This document shows positions 1 through 9,946 of a stretch of DNA of 64,000 nt, piece after piece. Numbering within the stretch: position 1 is the first letter of the stretch; each line of letters starts with the position of its first letter. Where the stretch lies: positions 48,969-112,968 of the forward strand of contig CAINDP010000007.1 of the NCBI GenBank assembly GCA_903847405.1. The letters are read 5' to 3'. The notes below the pieces were generated by a model that saw nothing but the letters and a program-made list of their open reading frames with translations, ran no database searches and had not been told where the DNA came from. Both the position numbers and the translations under genes were made by a program. This stretch comes from an uncultured Myxococcales bacterium (GTDB taxonomy: Bacteria; Myxococcota_A; UBA9042; DTJE01).

Positions 1-580
1 CGTCGGCACCCCGGTGGAAGGGCGCGTCGGTGCGGCTGCGGCGGCCAGCGTCGGCAAGATCCTGGGCGTCGAGCGCGCCTCCTGGGGCGGGCTGGCGGTG
101 GCGACGGTCCGGTTGGACGGCGGTCTGGTCGTTTCGGCCCTGGCGGTCGTCAACGCCTTCGGCAGCGTCGTGGACCCGCGGACCGGCGGGTTCGTGGCCG
201 GGCCCCACGACGGTCTGGGCGGCTTCGTGGACACCGAGGAGGCGATCCTTGCCGGCGCCCTTTCGGCGCGATTTGCGTCGTCCCCGTCCAACACCACCAT
301 CGGCTTGATCGTGACGAACGGGCGGCTGGACAGCGACCGGTGCTCGCGTGCGGCCTGGATCGCGGCCCAGGCCATGCCGATGTGCCTTCGGCCCGCATGG
401 TCCGCGGTGGACGGCGACACGGTGTTCCTGGCCGCAACCGGCGAGGTCGCGGCAGAGCCCCACGCCGTGGGCATCGCCGCTCGGGAGGCGCTGATGCGCG
501 CCATCGTCCGGGCGGTGACGCTGGCGAACGTTCCGGGCTCCGACGGACCGGGGACCTTGCGATCGGAGGGAATCGGATGA
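1..580 (+). CDS. Peptidase S58 (DmpA/L-aminopeptidase-like) C-terminal fragment. The gene continues upstream of the window.
   Basis: Frame-2 translation gives ...NTTIGLIVTNGRLD...DGDTVFLAATGEV..., which resembles the S58/DmpA family beta-chain. The window starts inside the ORF. The stop TGA at 578-580 overlaps the next start (ATGA). Confidence 0.55.
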   Translation, partial: VGTPVEGRVGAAAAASVGKILGVERASWGGLAVATVRLDGGLVVSALAVVNAFGSVVDPRTGGFVAGPHDGLGGFVDTEEAILAGALSARFASSPSNTTIGLIVTNGRLDSDRCSRAAWIAAQAMPMCLRPAWSAVDGDTVFLAATGEVAAEPHAVGIAAREALMRAIVRAVTLANVPGSDGPGTLRSEGIG

Positions 581-1791
581 GTCGGGCAGGCACGTTCCTG
601 CGTCTGCTGGTGCTGCCCGTCGGAGTGGCCGTGGCCTTCCTGGGGTGCGGCGAAAAGGTGCCGTATCCGCCGACGACCGGGAAGGCGCCCGGGACCCCCC
701 AGGCGTCGGCCCCGGGAACGCCGGCCGGCGGCATCCCGTCGGGGCATGGCCAGGTCGCGGAGCCTGCGCCGCAACCCGTGCCCGAGGCATCGCCGCCCCG
801 CCCGGTGGCCGTGGTCCGGACGCCGGAGGGATCGTTCCTGGTGTCGGCCCGGCGCGGGGGTACCGACCTCGCGGTCCGGAAGGTGCCGGGCCTGGTCCTG
901 GTAGGTGCCGAGGGCGGCGTCAGTGCGGTGCGGGCGGTGCCGGAAACGGCCCGGGCGGCAACCGGGGCGCCGGAGTCCCGCTTTGTCCGCCTGTCCTTCC
1001 GGGCGGACGGCAAGGAGGGGGACGTGCCCCTGCCGGACGCCGCGGATCGACCCGACCTGGTCGCGGCGGCGAAGGCCGATCCCGATCTGGCCGGCGCCTT
1101 CTTCCACCGGGAAACCCTGACCCCTGCCGGCATGTGGGGCGGGAAGGTGGCCTACGTCGCGGCGGTCGAAGGATTCCTGGGAGGGGCGCACCCCTACGCC
1201 TCCCGGCGCCTGCTGGTCGTGGATCTGGCGACCGGGCGTCTGGACGACGCGTCGTCCCGGTTCGCGGGGCATGACCTGGCGGCCGAGGTGCTGGGGAAGG
1301 CCCGGGAAACGACCTGCACCCGCAGGCCGGCCGGCGTCGCCGCGGTCGAGGGCCGTGGCGGCGAGCCTGCCTGGGTCGTCGGCCTGGCCCACGACGTCGA
1401 GTCCTGCGCCGGCGAATTCCGCGTCGCCCGCGTGCCGGGTCCCGGGCCCGAGGGGCCGCGCCCGACGCCGCCCGCCGAGGGCCCCGGGAAGGACGGCGCG
1501 CTGCGCCTGGCCGAGGCCGTGACGGCCGGTCCGGTGGCCGATTGGCGCCTCGCCGGAACGGGTGGGGCCGCGGTTCTCCTGATGGGCGCCGATCGGAACG
1601 ACCGGGCCGCATCGCCCTGGGAGGCTGCCGGCGGACGCCGAGGGGCCGCGGCGGCCCGCGAACTGCGCTTCTGGCAGCCCGGAATGGCCGCACCGGCCGT
1701 CCTGGGCCGAGCCTCTGCGATCCTGTCCGTGCAGTTCCTGGAAGGGACGGGCGATCCGCGGAAGGTTCAGGACGCGCTGGATCGGCTGTAG
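577..1791 (+). CDS. Hypothetical lipoprotein (404 aa), Pro/Ala-rich
   Basis: The ATG at 577 overlaps the upstream stop. The N-terminus MSRAGTFLRLLVLPVGVAVAFLGCGEK has a signal peptide and lipobox (FLGC). The ORF-track start at 340 was rejected as an extension. Confidence 0.55.
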   Translation: MSRAGTFLRLLVLPVGVAVAFLGCGEKVPYPPTTGKAPGTPQASAPGTPAGGIPSGHGQVAEPAPQPVPEASPPRPVAVVRTPEGSFLVSARRGGTDLAVRKVPGLVLVGAEGGVSAVRAVPETARAATGAPESRFVRLSFRADGKEGDVPLPDAADRPDLVAAAKADPDLAGAFFHRETLTPAGMWGGKVAYVAAVEGFLGGAHPYASRRLLVVDLATGRLDDASSRFAGHDLAAEVLGKARETTCTRRPAGVAAVEGRGGEPAWVVGLAHDVESCAGEFRVARVPGPGPEGPRPTPPAEGPGKDGALRLAEAVTAGPVADWRLAGTGGAAVLLMGADRNDRAASPWEAAGGRRGAAAARELRFWQPGMAAPAVLGRASAILSVQFLEGTGDPRKVQDALDRL

Positions 1792-1798
1792 GGAACGG

Positions 1799-4613
1799 TC
1801 AGTCCCCGCCGAATTCCTCGTCCGGCGGTTCGTCGCCGGGCGAAGCATCCCCGCCGGCAGGCGGCTGTACGGCCGCGAAGCGGATGTGCTGCTCGAGTGC
1901 GGCGGCGACCTCGTCCCCGCCGATCCGTTTCCGCCGCTCCATCTCCTCGATCAGCCACTTGACCCGACGCTCGAAGGACGGAGGCACCGCCCCGTCCTCG
2001 ACGTGCTTGTGGAACAAGCGGGGATTCGGAATGATGGTCACCAGGTAGGCGGCCTCCAGCAGCGACAGTTCCGCCGGGCGCTTCGCGAAGTAGTGTCCGG
2101 CCGCCTCGCGCAGGCCCCAGACGTTGGGTCCCCACTCGATGACGTTCAGGTACAGTTCGAGGATCTTCTCCTTGGGCAGGGTCTGCTCCATCTGCCAGGT
2201 CAGGAACACCTCCTGCAACTTGCGCGACATGGTCTTTTCGCGCGACAGGAAGAGGTTCTTGACCAGTTGCTGGGACAGGGTGCTTGCGCCCTGGTAGAAC
2301 CCCCCGCGCTCGATGTTCACCTTGATGGACCTGCGGATGCCGACGGTCGAAAACCCCTTGTGCTGGAAGAAGTTGGCGTCCTCCGAGGTGGTCAGCGCCT
2401 CGACGAGGTATTTCGGCACCTCGGTCAGCGGCACCCATTCCGGGGTCGCCTCGCCGACCATCCGGTCCACGATCGTCCCGTCGCCTTCCTCGATGCGGTG
2501 CAGGAAGACCGTCTGCAGCAGGCCCATGTCCACCGCCTTGCCCAGGTTCAGCGTGGTCATGTCGGCCACGTCCGGGCGGATGTCCATGCGCACGGCGTCG
2601 AGGTTCCCGGTGTCCACGTCCAGGTCCACCGTCGCGGCAAAGGTGCCGGACAGACGCATGCCGTCCAGGGAGCCCAGGACCTCCCGGGGCAGGGCGTCCA
2701 CCAGTTCCTGCGCCGGCAGGCGCTCCACGGCGCCCTTGAAGGAAAAATGGGGCCGTTCCGCCAGGCCCTCCGCGTGCATCTCGAAGGGCATCCGGACCTT
2801 GTCCAGGGAAGCGACTCCCCCGCTCAGGTCCAGTCGCCCGGCGGCCCAGTCGAAGGCCAGCGTGCCTCCCAGCGAGGCCTGGGACAGCCGAAGGGGCGCG
2901 GAGGCCACGGCGGGCAGGTCCAGGACCAGCCCGGCGATCCGCAGCGTTCCCGAAGCGTCGATGCGATGGACCGTGGGATCGAAGTGCAGGGTCCCGTCCG
3001 TCTGGTTCAGCACCGCGTCGCGGGTCCGCAGCCAGCGCGGCATGATGGCGCGGAAGGCGTGCATGGGAAGGTACTGGGCCTTCACGGTCGCCTTGACGTC
3101 CCCGGTGGCCGGGTTCAGCGTCAGGCGGGCCTCGTTGGCGTTCGCGGGGGCCTCGGGGCACTCGAACCGCAACGAGGCCTCGATGGGCCCTCCGGCGGTC
3201 CGTTCCAGTCGTGCCTCCAGGTTCACCAGGGACTGTCCCGGGCGGGCCGCCGTCTGCCCGGGCTCCAGCGTCCGCACGGTCGCGCCGTGGACCTCCAGGC
3301 GGGCCTCGGGGAAGGCCTGGGCCGCCGCGATGATGGCGGCGGTGCCGGACGACAACCGTTCGGCAACGTCCTGGAAGGCGTGCACCATCCGGACCTGCGC
3401 GGTCGGCGCGCCTTGCGGCGGGACCGCGGCCTTCTGCTGCACGGGCTCGCGAGCCTTGACCGCGGGACGCCGGATCGGGGCGCGCGGGTCGTTCCCGGGG
3501 ATCCGATCGGGGCTTCCCGGACCGATCCGGGCCCCGGTGGGCGCCGGTCCGTCCGTCGTTTCGCGCGGCCGTCGCGGCACCGGGGGAAGGTCGGCCAGGA
3601 CCACGTCCACGGACGGTCGCAGGATCTCGACGGCGCGCACGGTCCGCCCCGTCAGGAACCGGCCGGCGAGGGGCGCCAGGGAGGCTGGCAGACGGTCCAG
3701 GATGGCCTTGGGCGCGGGGCCGCCACCGTCGTCCCAGCGCAGGGCGACAGCCTCGGCGCGGACGGTCCACTGGTCGGGCTGCGACCAGGTCGGTCCCAGG
3801 ACCGCGACCTCGCCGGGCGCCCAGGATACGCCGTCGGCCGACACGCTTCCGAAGGGGATCGTCAGCACGACCGCCGGCTGGACCCGGCCCGACACGCGTT
3901 CCAGCGCGCCGGAGCCCAGCAGGGCCTCGATCTCCAGGTGCCGGGCCGTCCCGTCCCCCTCGTCCAGCGACAGATCGGCCACCAGGCGGCGGCGTGCCTG
4001 GACGGATTCGTCCTTCACCGGGGCCAGATCCACGCGGCCCCGATCGACGCGGAAGGTGCGGGTGCCAACGTGGGCGGCCAGGATCACCTGGGCGACCGCC
4101 AGGTCGGGGAGCCTGGACGCCCGGAAACCGGGTTCGGCGTCCGCCTGGGCCGGGGCTGCGTCCCTCCGGTGCAGCAGGGACCGCAGGCGCGCGACCGCGG
4201 CCTCCGGCCCCTCCAGCGGGGCCTCCGGGTCGCCCAGGCGCGCCGCGATCCGCTCCACTGCGACCCGCTCTATCCGGCGCTGGCCCACGAGGAATCCGAA
4301 GGGGTCGACCTCGACCCGGATCCCGTTGATTTCCGCTTCCCAGTCGGAACCGTCGCGCCAGGAAACGCGCTGGATCGTCACGGCCGTGGAACCCTGCAGT
4401 GCGACGCCCTGCACCTCGACCGTTCCGGGCAACCGTCCCGCGAAGCGGGCGATTTCACGGCGCGCCAGGCTGTCCGCGATCCGCGGGAGGACGACGACGG
4501 TGGCTGCGACACCCAGGGCCACCAGCGCCACGACGGCGATGACGACCTGCAGCAGACGACGATAACGGGGAGGTCTGGTGGAGCCGGAGGTGCGGGAGGC
4601 GAGGGAGGTCACT
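1799..4613 (-). CDS. Membrane-anchored 938-aa protein with a C-terminal GT51 peptidoglycan transglycosylase domain
   Basis: The C-terminal ~230 aa carry GT51 motifs (EDANFFQHKGFS, GASTLSQQLVKNLFL, KILELYLNVIEWG). One N-terminal TM helix (LLQVVIAVVALVALGVAATVVVL) is followed by a ~650-aa beta-rich region of unknown family. The GTG start at 4613 overlaps the upstream lipoprotein stop (GTGA). The ORF-track extension to 4714 was rejected because it overlaps the lipoprotein gene. Confidence 0.7.
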
Positions 4614-5037
4614 TCGACTGGGAGCCGCCGCTGGTGGCCGACGCCCAGGCGATGAGGCCGATGAGCGTGCCGGCCAGCGCGACGCCGCCGGCGATCCACA
4701 GGGCGGTCTTCCACGTGGACATGTGGTCGACTTCCGCGTTGTCCTTCAGGCTGTTCACGTCGAGGATGTAGTCACGGTCCGACGCGACCAGCTGCGATTC
4801 GGTCATCTTGAAGTTGAACGGCGTGATCGGATAGCGCTTGCCGCCCTGGGAGCGGACGAAGAGGCGCGTGTCCTCCTTGACCACGATGTCCTTGCCTTCG
4901 GTATCCTTCACGGTCGCCTGGCCGGCCTCCGGGACCTCCTGGAGGTTCCCCAGTTGCGAGCGCGGAACGGTGTACGTGTTGTAGCAACCAAGGCCGAACG
5001 TCGACACGACAAGAACGGCAGCAACCAAGCGCTTCAT
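4609..5037 (-). CDS. Small lipoprotein (142 aa), translationally coupled to the GT51 protein
   Basis: MKRLVAAVLVVSTFGLGCYNT has a signal peptide and lipobox. There is a C-terminal TM/hydrophobic segment. RBS GGAGGGGGG lies upstream of the ATG at 5037. Confidence 0.65.
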   Translation of the reverse strand: MKRLVAAVLVVSTFGLGCYNTYTVPRSQLGNLQEVPEAGQATVKDTEGKDIVVKEDTRLFVRSQGGKRYPITPFNFKMTESQLVASDRDYILDVNSLKDNAEVDHMSTWKTALWIAGGVALAGTLIGLIAWASATSGGSQSK

Positions 5038-5113
5038 CGAAGTCCCCCCTCCGTGCAGAACCAGAAGACCCGGGGCGGATCCTAGTCAACCTCCCCGGAA
5101 AAGAAAAGCCAAA

Positions 5114-5740
5114 TCATGCGTCGCGATCGACGCGCTGTGCACCGGGCCCCGATGTCGAGGCCAACTCCATCGCCAACTGGCTGGGAAGGTCCGGCTCGAA
5201 GCACCGGCGGCACCGGGCTTCGTAGCTGTCCGCGGCGCCGACGACGATGCGATTCTCGCTGGCCATCAGGCGCTGCGTGCGGCTGGCCGCCGCGCCGCAC
5301 CGCATGCAGACGGCCAGCGTCTTCGTCACGTAGTCCGCGACGGCCATCAACTGGGGCACCGGCTCGAAGGGGATCCCGCGGTAGTCCAGGTCCAGGCCCG
5401 CGACGATCACCCGCTTGCCCAGGTTAGCCAACCGCTCGCACACGGCGATGATCCCGCGGTCGAAGAACTGCACCTCGTCGATCCCGACGACCTCGACCCG
5501 ATCGTCCAGCAACCGCATCACGTCCTCGGACGTCCGGGCGACGATGGCATCCAGGGACGCCTCGGAATGCGACACGATGCGGTCCACGGAATACCGGTCG
5601 TCGATGGTCGGCTTGAAGACCTGGACGCGCTGGCGGGCGATGCGGGCGCGCCGCAGCCGGCGGATCAGTTCCTCGCTCTTGCCCGAGAACATCGGGCCGC
5701 AGATGACTTCCAGACCGGCCGTGGGGTTGTAGAAGGACAT
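5114..5740 (-). CDS. tdk: Thymidine kinase
   Basis: MSFYNPTAGLEVICGPMFSGKSEELIRR (P-loop) and a C-terminal zinc ribbon CMRCG...CRRC. ATG at 5740. The ORF-track N-terminal extension to 6181 was rejected. Confidence 0.9.
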   Translation of the reverse strand: MSFYNPTAGLEVICGPMFSGKSEELIRRLRRARIARQRVQVFKPTIDDRYSVDRIVSHSEASLDAIVARTSEDVMRLLDDRVEVVGIDEVQFFDRGIIAVCERLANLGKRVIVAGLDLDYRGIPFEPVPQLMAVADYVTKTLAVCMRCGAAASRTQRLMASENRIVVGAADSYEARCRRCFEPDLPSQLAMELASTSGPGAQRVDRDA

Positions 5741-6786
5741 CAGCCCAGATACCTCGCTTCCAGGAAGGCCCGCAGCCGGGGTTCGCCGCGCACCAGGTCC
5801 AGCGCGACGTCGGCGTGGCCCGGCACGTAGCCGTTCCCGATCAGCAGCGACACGTCCTTGCCCACGCCCTCGGCGCCCAGGGCCGCGGTGGTGAACGAGG
5901 TCGCCATGTTGAAGAAGTACGACGTCCCCCCGTCCCGGGTGGCCAGGACGGTCGCCATTTCGGTGCCGGGGATGTTGGTCGTGTTCAGCACGACGTCCAG
6001 CATGGCGCCGCCGGTCGCGGCGTGCACGGCTTCCAGCACCGTCAGCGGGTTCCGCGCGTCGGACAGGATGCCTTCGTGGATGAAGCCCAGTTCCTTCAAC
6101 AGGTCCAGGGCGTCCGGCCGCACGTCGATCCCGTACACGCGCCCCTCGGGCCCTGCCGCCTTCCGGGCCGCGGCGGCGCACAGCAGCCCGGATTTCCCCG
6201 TGCCCAGGATTCCCACGCGCATGCCGGGGCGGACCAGTCGGAGGGTCTGGGCCGGCGCGCCGGCGACGTCCAGGACCGCCAGGGCCACGTCCCGCGGCAG
6301 GTCATCCGGCAGGCGCACGCCGATGCCCGAGGAAAACAGGATCGCGTAGCCCTCGGCCGCGACCTGGTCCCGGTCCAGGTACACCTTCGTGATGCGCGAC
6401 AGGTGCAGCGGGGTCAGGGACAGCGACACCAGCGTCGCGATGCGATCGCCCACGCGGGCGTCGATCGGCCCGGCATACTCGGCGCCGACCTCCAGCACCG
6501 TGCCCACCAGCATGCCGCCGGAGCCGGTGACCGGGTTGTGCTGCTTGCCCCGCTTGGCGATCGTTTCCAGGATCTGCGCGGCAATCCCGGCCGGGTCGCC
6601 GTCGGCCGCCTGCTTCATCTGGGTGAACGAGGCCGCGTCCACGTTCAGCATCTCGACGTTCACCAGCAGTTCGCTGGGGTGCAGGGGCAGGCTGTTGTCC
6701 AGCCGCCACGCCGCCTGGGGCAGGACACCCCGCGGTTCCAGGACCCGGTGCGTGCCGAAGCGCACGCCCGCCTCATGATTCGTCAT
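5740..6786 (-). CDS. NAD(P)-dependent dehydrogenase resembling L-erythro-3,5-diaminohexanoate dehydrogenase (Kdd family)
   Basis: 348 aa with an N-terminal GTHRVLEPRGVLPQAAW...SFTQ block that I recall from Kdd. Rossmann motif GILGTGKSGLLCAAAARKAAG. The stop overlaps the tdk start. Family name assigned from memory only. Confidence 0.5.
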   Translation of the reverse strand: MTNHEAGVRFGTHRVLEPRGVLPQAAWRLDNSLPLHPSELLVNVEMLNVDAASFTQMKQAADGDPAGIAAQILETIAKRGKQHNPVTGSGGMLVGTVLEVGAEYAGPIDARVGDRIATLVSLSLTPLHLSRITKVYLDRDQVAAEGYAILFSSGIGVRLPDDLPRDVALAVLDVAGAPAQTLRLVRPGMRVGILGTGKSGLLCAAAARKAAGPEGRVYGIDVRPDALDLLKELGFIHEGILSDARNPLTVLEAVHAATGGAMLDVVLNTTNIPGTEMATVLATRDGGTSYFFNMATSFTTAALGAEGVGKDVSLLIGNGYVPGHADVALDLVRGEPRLRAFLEARYLG

Positions 6787-6792
6787 CGTCGT

Positions 6793-7635
6793 TCATCCGT
6801 TTCGAAGTCGCGCCATCACCAGTTGCAGGTCTGCCCACGTCGGCCGCTTGTAGTCGACGTTCCGCAGCAGGGCGGCCGGATGATACGTCACCACCAGGGG
6901 GATGTCACCGCGACGTTGCACCCGTCCCCGCTGTCGCGCGACGCCGTCCGTGCTGCCCGTCAGGGCATGGGACGCCGCGGCCCCCAGGGCGACCAGGAAC
7001 TTCGGCCGCAACAGGCGGATCTGCGCTTCCAGGTAGGGCTGGCACAACCCGGCCTGATCCGGCGTCGGCGTGGCGTTCTCGGGCGGCCTGCACTTCACCA
7101 CGTTCGCGATGTAGCACTCCTCGCGCGTCAGGCCCATGGCCGCGATCATCTTGTCCAGCAACTGGCCCGCGGCGCCCACGAACGGACGCCCCGTGAGGTC
7201 CTCGTCGGCCCCTGGGCCTTCGCCCACGAACATCACGGTCGGCGCGTCGCGGCGGCCCTCCCCGAAGACCGCGTGGGTCCGGGTGGCGTGCAGGGGACAC
7301 CGCGTGCAGACCTTGACCAGGGCCTCGATGGCGTCCAGGTCCTCCGGGAGATCGGGCCCGGCGGACGGGAACGGCGCGCCGTACTGCGGAACGGACGACG
7401 GCCCGGGTCGTTGGGCCGGGGTCACCGGCCGCTCCGGGCGCTCGGTCAGGGGAGGACGGGCGAACTCCGGCGGCGCCGGCGGGGCGGTTCGCGGTGCGGC
7501 GGCGGTCGGCTGGACCGGGGGCGGGACCGGCCGCGGGGGGACGGGCAGGGCGGGCACGTCGCCGGCCTCGGATTCCAGGAAGCGCCGAAGGGCGTCGGCC
7601 GCATCGGCCAGGTGACGCGCGAGCGTGTCGTCCAC
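6793..7635 (-). CDS. Uracil-DNA glycosylase, family 4 (Fe-S type), with a Pro-rich ~100-aa N-terminal extension
   Basis: VKVCTRCPLHATRTHAVFGEG...VMFVGEGPGADED...GRPFVGAAGQLL...VVKCRPPEN are family-4 UDG motifs. GTG start at 7635. An internal start is possible. Confidence 0.75.
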   Translation of the reverse strand: MDDTLARHLADAADALRRFLESEAGDVPALPVPPRPVPPPVQPTAAAPRTAPPAPPEFARPPLTERPERPVTPAQRPGPSSVPQYGAPFPSAGPDLPEDLDAIEALVKVCTRCPLHATRTHAVFGEGRRDAPTVMFVGEGPGADEDLTGRPFVGAAGQLLDKMIAAMGLTREECYIANVVKCRPPENATPTPDQAGLCQPYLEAQIRLLRPKFLVALGAAASHALTGSTDGVARQRGRVQRRGDIPLVVTYHPAALLRNVDYKRPTWADLQLVMARLRNG

Positions 7636-7662
7636 GGGGAGCCCCCGGGGTCCCTCGACCCG

Positions 7663-8892
7663 TCAATGGGTGGTGCCGCCGGACGTCGGCAGCCGTTCGG
7701 CCAACCGGTCCAGCAGGAAGTCGGCCAGGTCGGCCTTGGTCCGGGACGCCACGGTTTCCGTGTCGCGGTCCCGGGAAACCAGGAAGCCTTCGTTCGGCCG
7801 GGCGCCGAACCCGACGCCGTCGCCCACCGGGTTGGCGAACAGCAGGTCCAGCCCCTTTTCGTCCAGCTTGCGGCGGCCCGAGGCCTCGACGTCGTCGGTT
7901 TCGGCGGCGAATCCCAGGACGATCCGACCGGCCAGGGCCGGCCGCAGCGTCAACAGGATGTCCGGTGTCGTCACCAGGTCCAGCGTTGCCGGAAGGTCCT
8001 TCTTGCGTCCCTTGCCGGGCCGGGGAGCGGCCGGTCGCTGGTCGGCCGGCGCGGCCGCCATCACGAGGGCATCGGCGCCCTGGAGCGCCGCCTGCGTCGC
8101 TTCCAGCATCTGCTGGGTCGTCATGACCCGGACCACGGAAATCGAGGCGTCGTCGAACGCCCGCGGCGGGGGCACTTCGGTCGGCCCCAGCACCAGTCGG
8201 ACCCGGGCGCCTCGAACCTGCGCGGCCCGCGCGATTTCGATGCCCATGCGTCCCGTGGACGGGTTGGTGATCAGCCGCACCGGGTCCATCGGTTCCCGGG
8301 TCGGCCCGGCCGTGACCACGATCGTCCGGCCCGCCAGATCCCGGGGGCCCAGGGTCGCCGCGGCCTGCTCCAGGATGTCCTGCGGTTCCGGGAAGCGACC
8401 GGGGCCCACGTCGCCGGACGCCAGGTCCCCGGCCTCGGGGGGCATGACGCGGAAGCGCGAGGGATCCAGCCGGGCCAGGTTCTGCTGGACGGCGTGGCTC
8501 TGCCACATCGCCGTGTGCATGGAAGGCACCAGCAGCACCGGGGCCCGGGACGCCAGCACCACCGCCGACAGAAGGTTGTCCGCGAACCCGCCGGCCAGCC
8601 GCGCCAGCGTCGTGGCCGTGCACGGGGCGATGACGATCAGGTCGCAGGCTCGCGCCATTTCGACGTGCGACACGCCGCCGCCCGTGTGGAAGAAGTCCGC
8701 GTCGGTGCCGACGGGGTTTTCCGTCAGGGCCTCGAAGGTCAGGGGTCCCACGAACTTCGTGGCCGCCTGGGTCATCACGACCCGCACGTCGGCGCCCGCC
8801 TTTCGCAGACCCCGGGCCACGAACCCGACCTTGTAGGCCGCGATTCCGCCCGAGATGCCCAGCAGGATGCGACGGTCCTTCAGCGCTCGCAT
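7663..8892 (-). CDS. coaBC: Bifunctional phosphopantothenoylcysteine decarboxylase / phosphopantothenate-cysteine ligase
   Basis: 409 aa. N-terminal flavoprotein domain (ILLGISGGIAAYK...) and C-terminal CoaB ligase domain (ITNPSTGRMG). Confidence 0.9.
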   Translation of the reverse strand: MRALKDRRILLGISGGIAAYKVGFVARGLRKAGADVRVVMTQAATKFVGPLTFEALTENPVGTDADFFHTGGGVSHVEMARACDLIVIAPCTATTLARLAGGFADNLLSAVVLASRAPVLLVPSMHTAMWQSHAVQQNLARLDPSRFRVMPPEAGDLASGDVGPGRFPEPQDILEQAAATLGPRDLAGRTIVVTAGPTREPMDPVRLITNPSTGRMGIEIARAAQVRGARVRLVLGPTEVPPPRAFDDASISVVRVMTTQQMLEATQAALQGADALVMAAAPADQRPAAPRPGKGRKKDLPATLDLVTTPDILLTLRPALAGRIVLGFAAETDDVEASGRRKLDEKGLDLLFANPVGDGVGFGARPNEGFLVSRDRDTETVASRTKADLADFLLDRLAERLPTSGGTTH

Positions 8893-8899
8893 GGGGTGC

Positions 8900-9946
8900 C
8901 TACTTCTGGAGGATGTGGAATTCGACGCGCCGGTTCACGGCCCGCCCGGCCTCGGTGGAGTTGTCGTCGAGGGGGACTTCGTCACCCATGCCCGCCGCCT
9001 GCAGCCGATCGGGGCCGACCCCCTGGCCGACCAGGTACATCCGCACCGCGTCGGCCCGGGCCTGCGACAGCTTCTGGTTCACCTTCGGCTTTCCGACGGT
9101 GTCGGTGTGTCCCTCGATGCGGATCTTGAACTTCGGGTGATCCAGGATCGCCTGCGCGACCTCGTTCAGCAGTTCGAAGGACTCCTTCTTGATGGCGGCC
9201 TTGCCGGTCTGGAAGAAGACCTTCTGCTTCACCTGGATCTGGTCCTCGGTGATCGCGATCAGGGCGTACGGGCAACCGCTGTTCTCGACGGGTCCGGCCT
9301 CGGTCGGGCAGCGGTCCACGTCGTCGGAAACGCCGTCCTTGTCGCCGTCCTGGATCGGGCAGCCGCGGTTGATGCGGGGGCCGGGAACCGTCGGGCACGA
9401 GTCGTCGGGATCCATCACGCCGTCGGCGTCGGAGTCCTTGACCGGGCATCCGCGGTTGGCGGGTGTCCCCGGCGCGATCGGGCACTGGTCGTCGCCGTCC
9501 TTGACGCCGTCGCCGTCGTTGTCCGGATCCGGGCATCCGTCCTCGTCCTGGAACGAATCGAAGTCCTCGGCCAGGGTGGGGCACTTGTCGTCGCGATCGG
9601 GGATCCCGTCGCCGTCCGCGTCGGGCATGCAGATCGTGTCGCCCGAGCCCTTCCAGCCCTCGCGGACCGCGGCCTCGGCCTCCTCGATGGCGGCCTTGGC
9701 CGGGAACGGTCGTCCGCGGGAGGACTCGTGGCGGGCCCGGGCGATGGCCACCTCGGCCCGGGCCAGGGCCTTCGGAGCGCATGCGTAGAACTGGTCGTGG
9801 TGGTCGGCCATCAGGGCTTCCAGGGCCTTCGTCCGCTGCGCGATCTGGCTGTGACCGACGCAGGCGAGGGCCGACGGCAGCAGGACGACGGCGGCGGCGA
9901 ACACCGCGATGCGGGCGGGGCTCGGGAGGCGGATGGCCTGTTTCAT
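8900..9946 (-). CDS. OmpA-family lipoprotein with thrombospondin type-3 (Ca-binding) repeats
   Basis: Signal peptide and lipobox (MKQAIRLPSPARIAVFAAAVVLLPSALAC). Repeated DADGDGIPDRDDKCP / DNDGDGVKDGDDQCP / DSDADGVMDPDDSCP TSP3 units. C-terminal OmpA domain (NQKLSQARADAV...NRRVEF). ATG at 9946 with RBS GGGAGGAA. The ORF-track extension to 10348 was rejected. Confidence 0.85.
   Translation of the reverse strand: MKQAIRLPSPARIAVFAAAVVLLPSALACVGHSQIAQRTKALEALMADHHDQFYACAPKALARAEVAIARARHESSRGRPFPAKAAIEEAEAAVREGWKGSGDTICMPDADGDGIPDRDDKCPTLAEDFDSFQDEDGCPDPDNDGDGVKDGDDQCPIAPGTPANRGCPVKDSDADGVMDPDDSCPTVPGPRINRGCPIQDGDKDGVSDDVDRCPTEAGPVENSGCPYALIAITEDQIQVKQKVFFQTGKAAIKKESFELLNEVAQAILDHPKFKIRIEGHTDTVGKPKVNQKLSQARADAVRMYLVGQGVGPDRLQAAGMGDEVPLDDNSTEAGRAVNRRVEFHILQK

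Noticed and set aside
1886-4771. 961-aa and 750-aa plus-strand ORFs and a 667-aa minus ORF (1767..3770) overlapping the GT51 gene
   Set aside because: These are shadow frames of the real 1799..4613 gene. They have no domain motifs and a biased composition.
5815-9129. 1104-aa plus-strand ORF spanning tdk through the coaBC region
   Set aside because: It is opposite to four well-supported minus-strand genes and has an Arg/Gly/Pro-rich composition.
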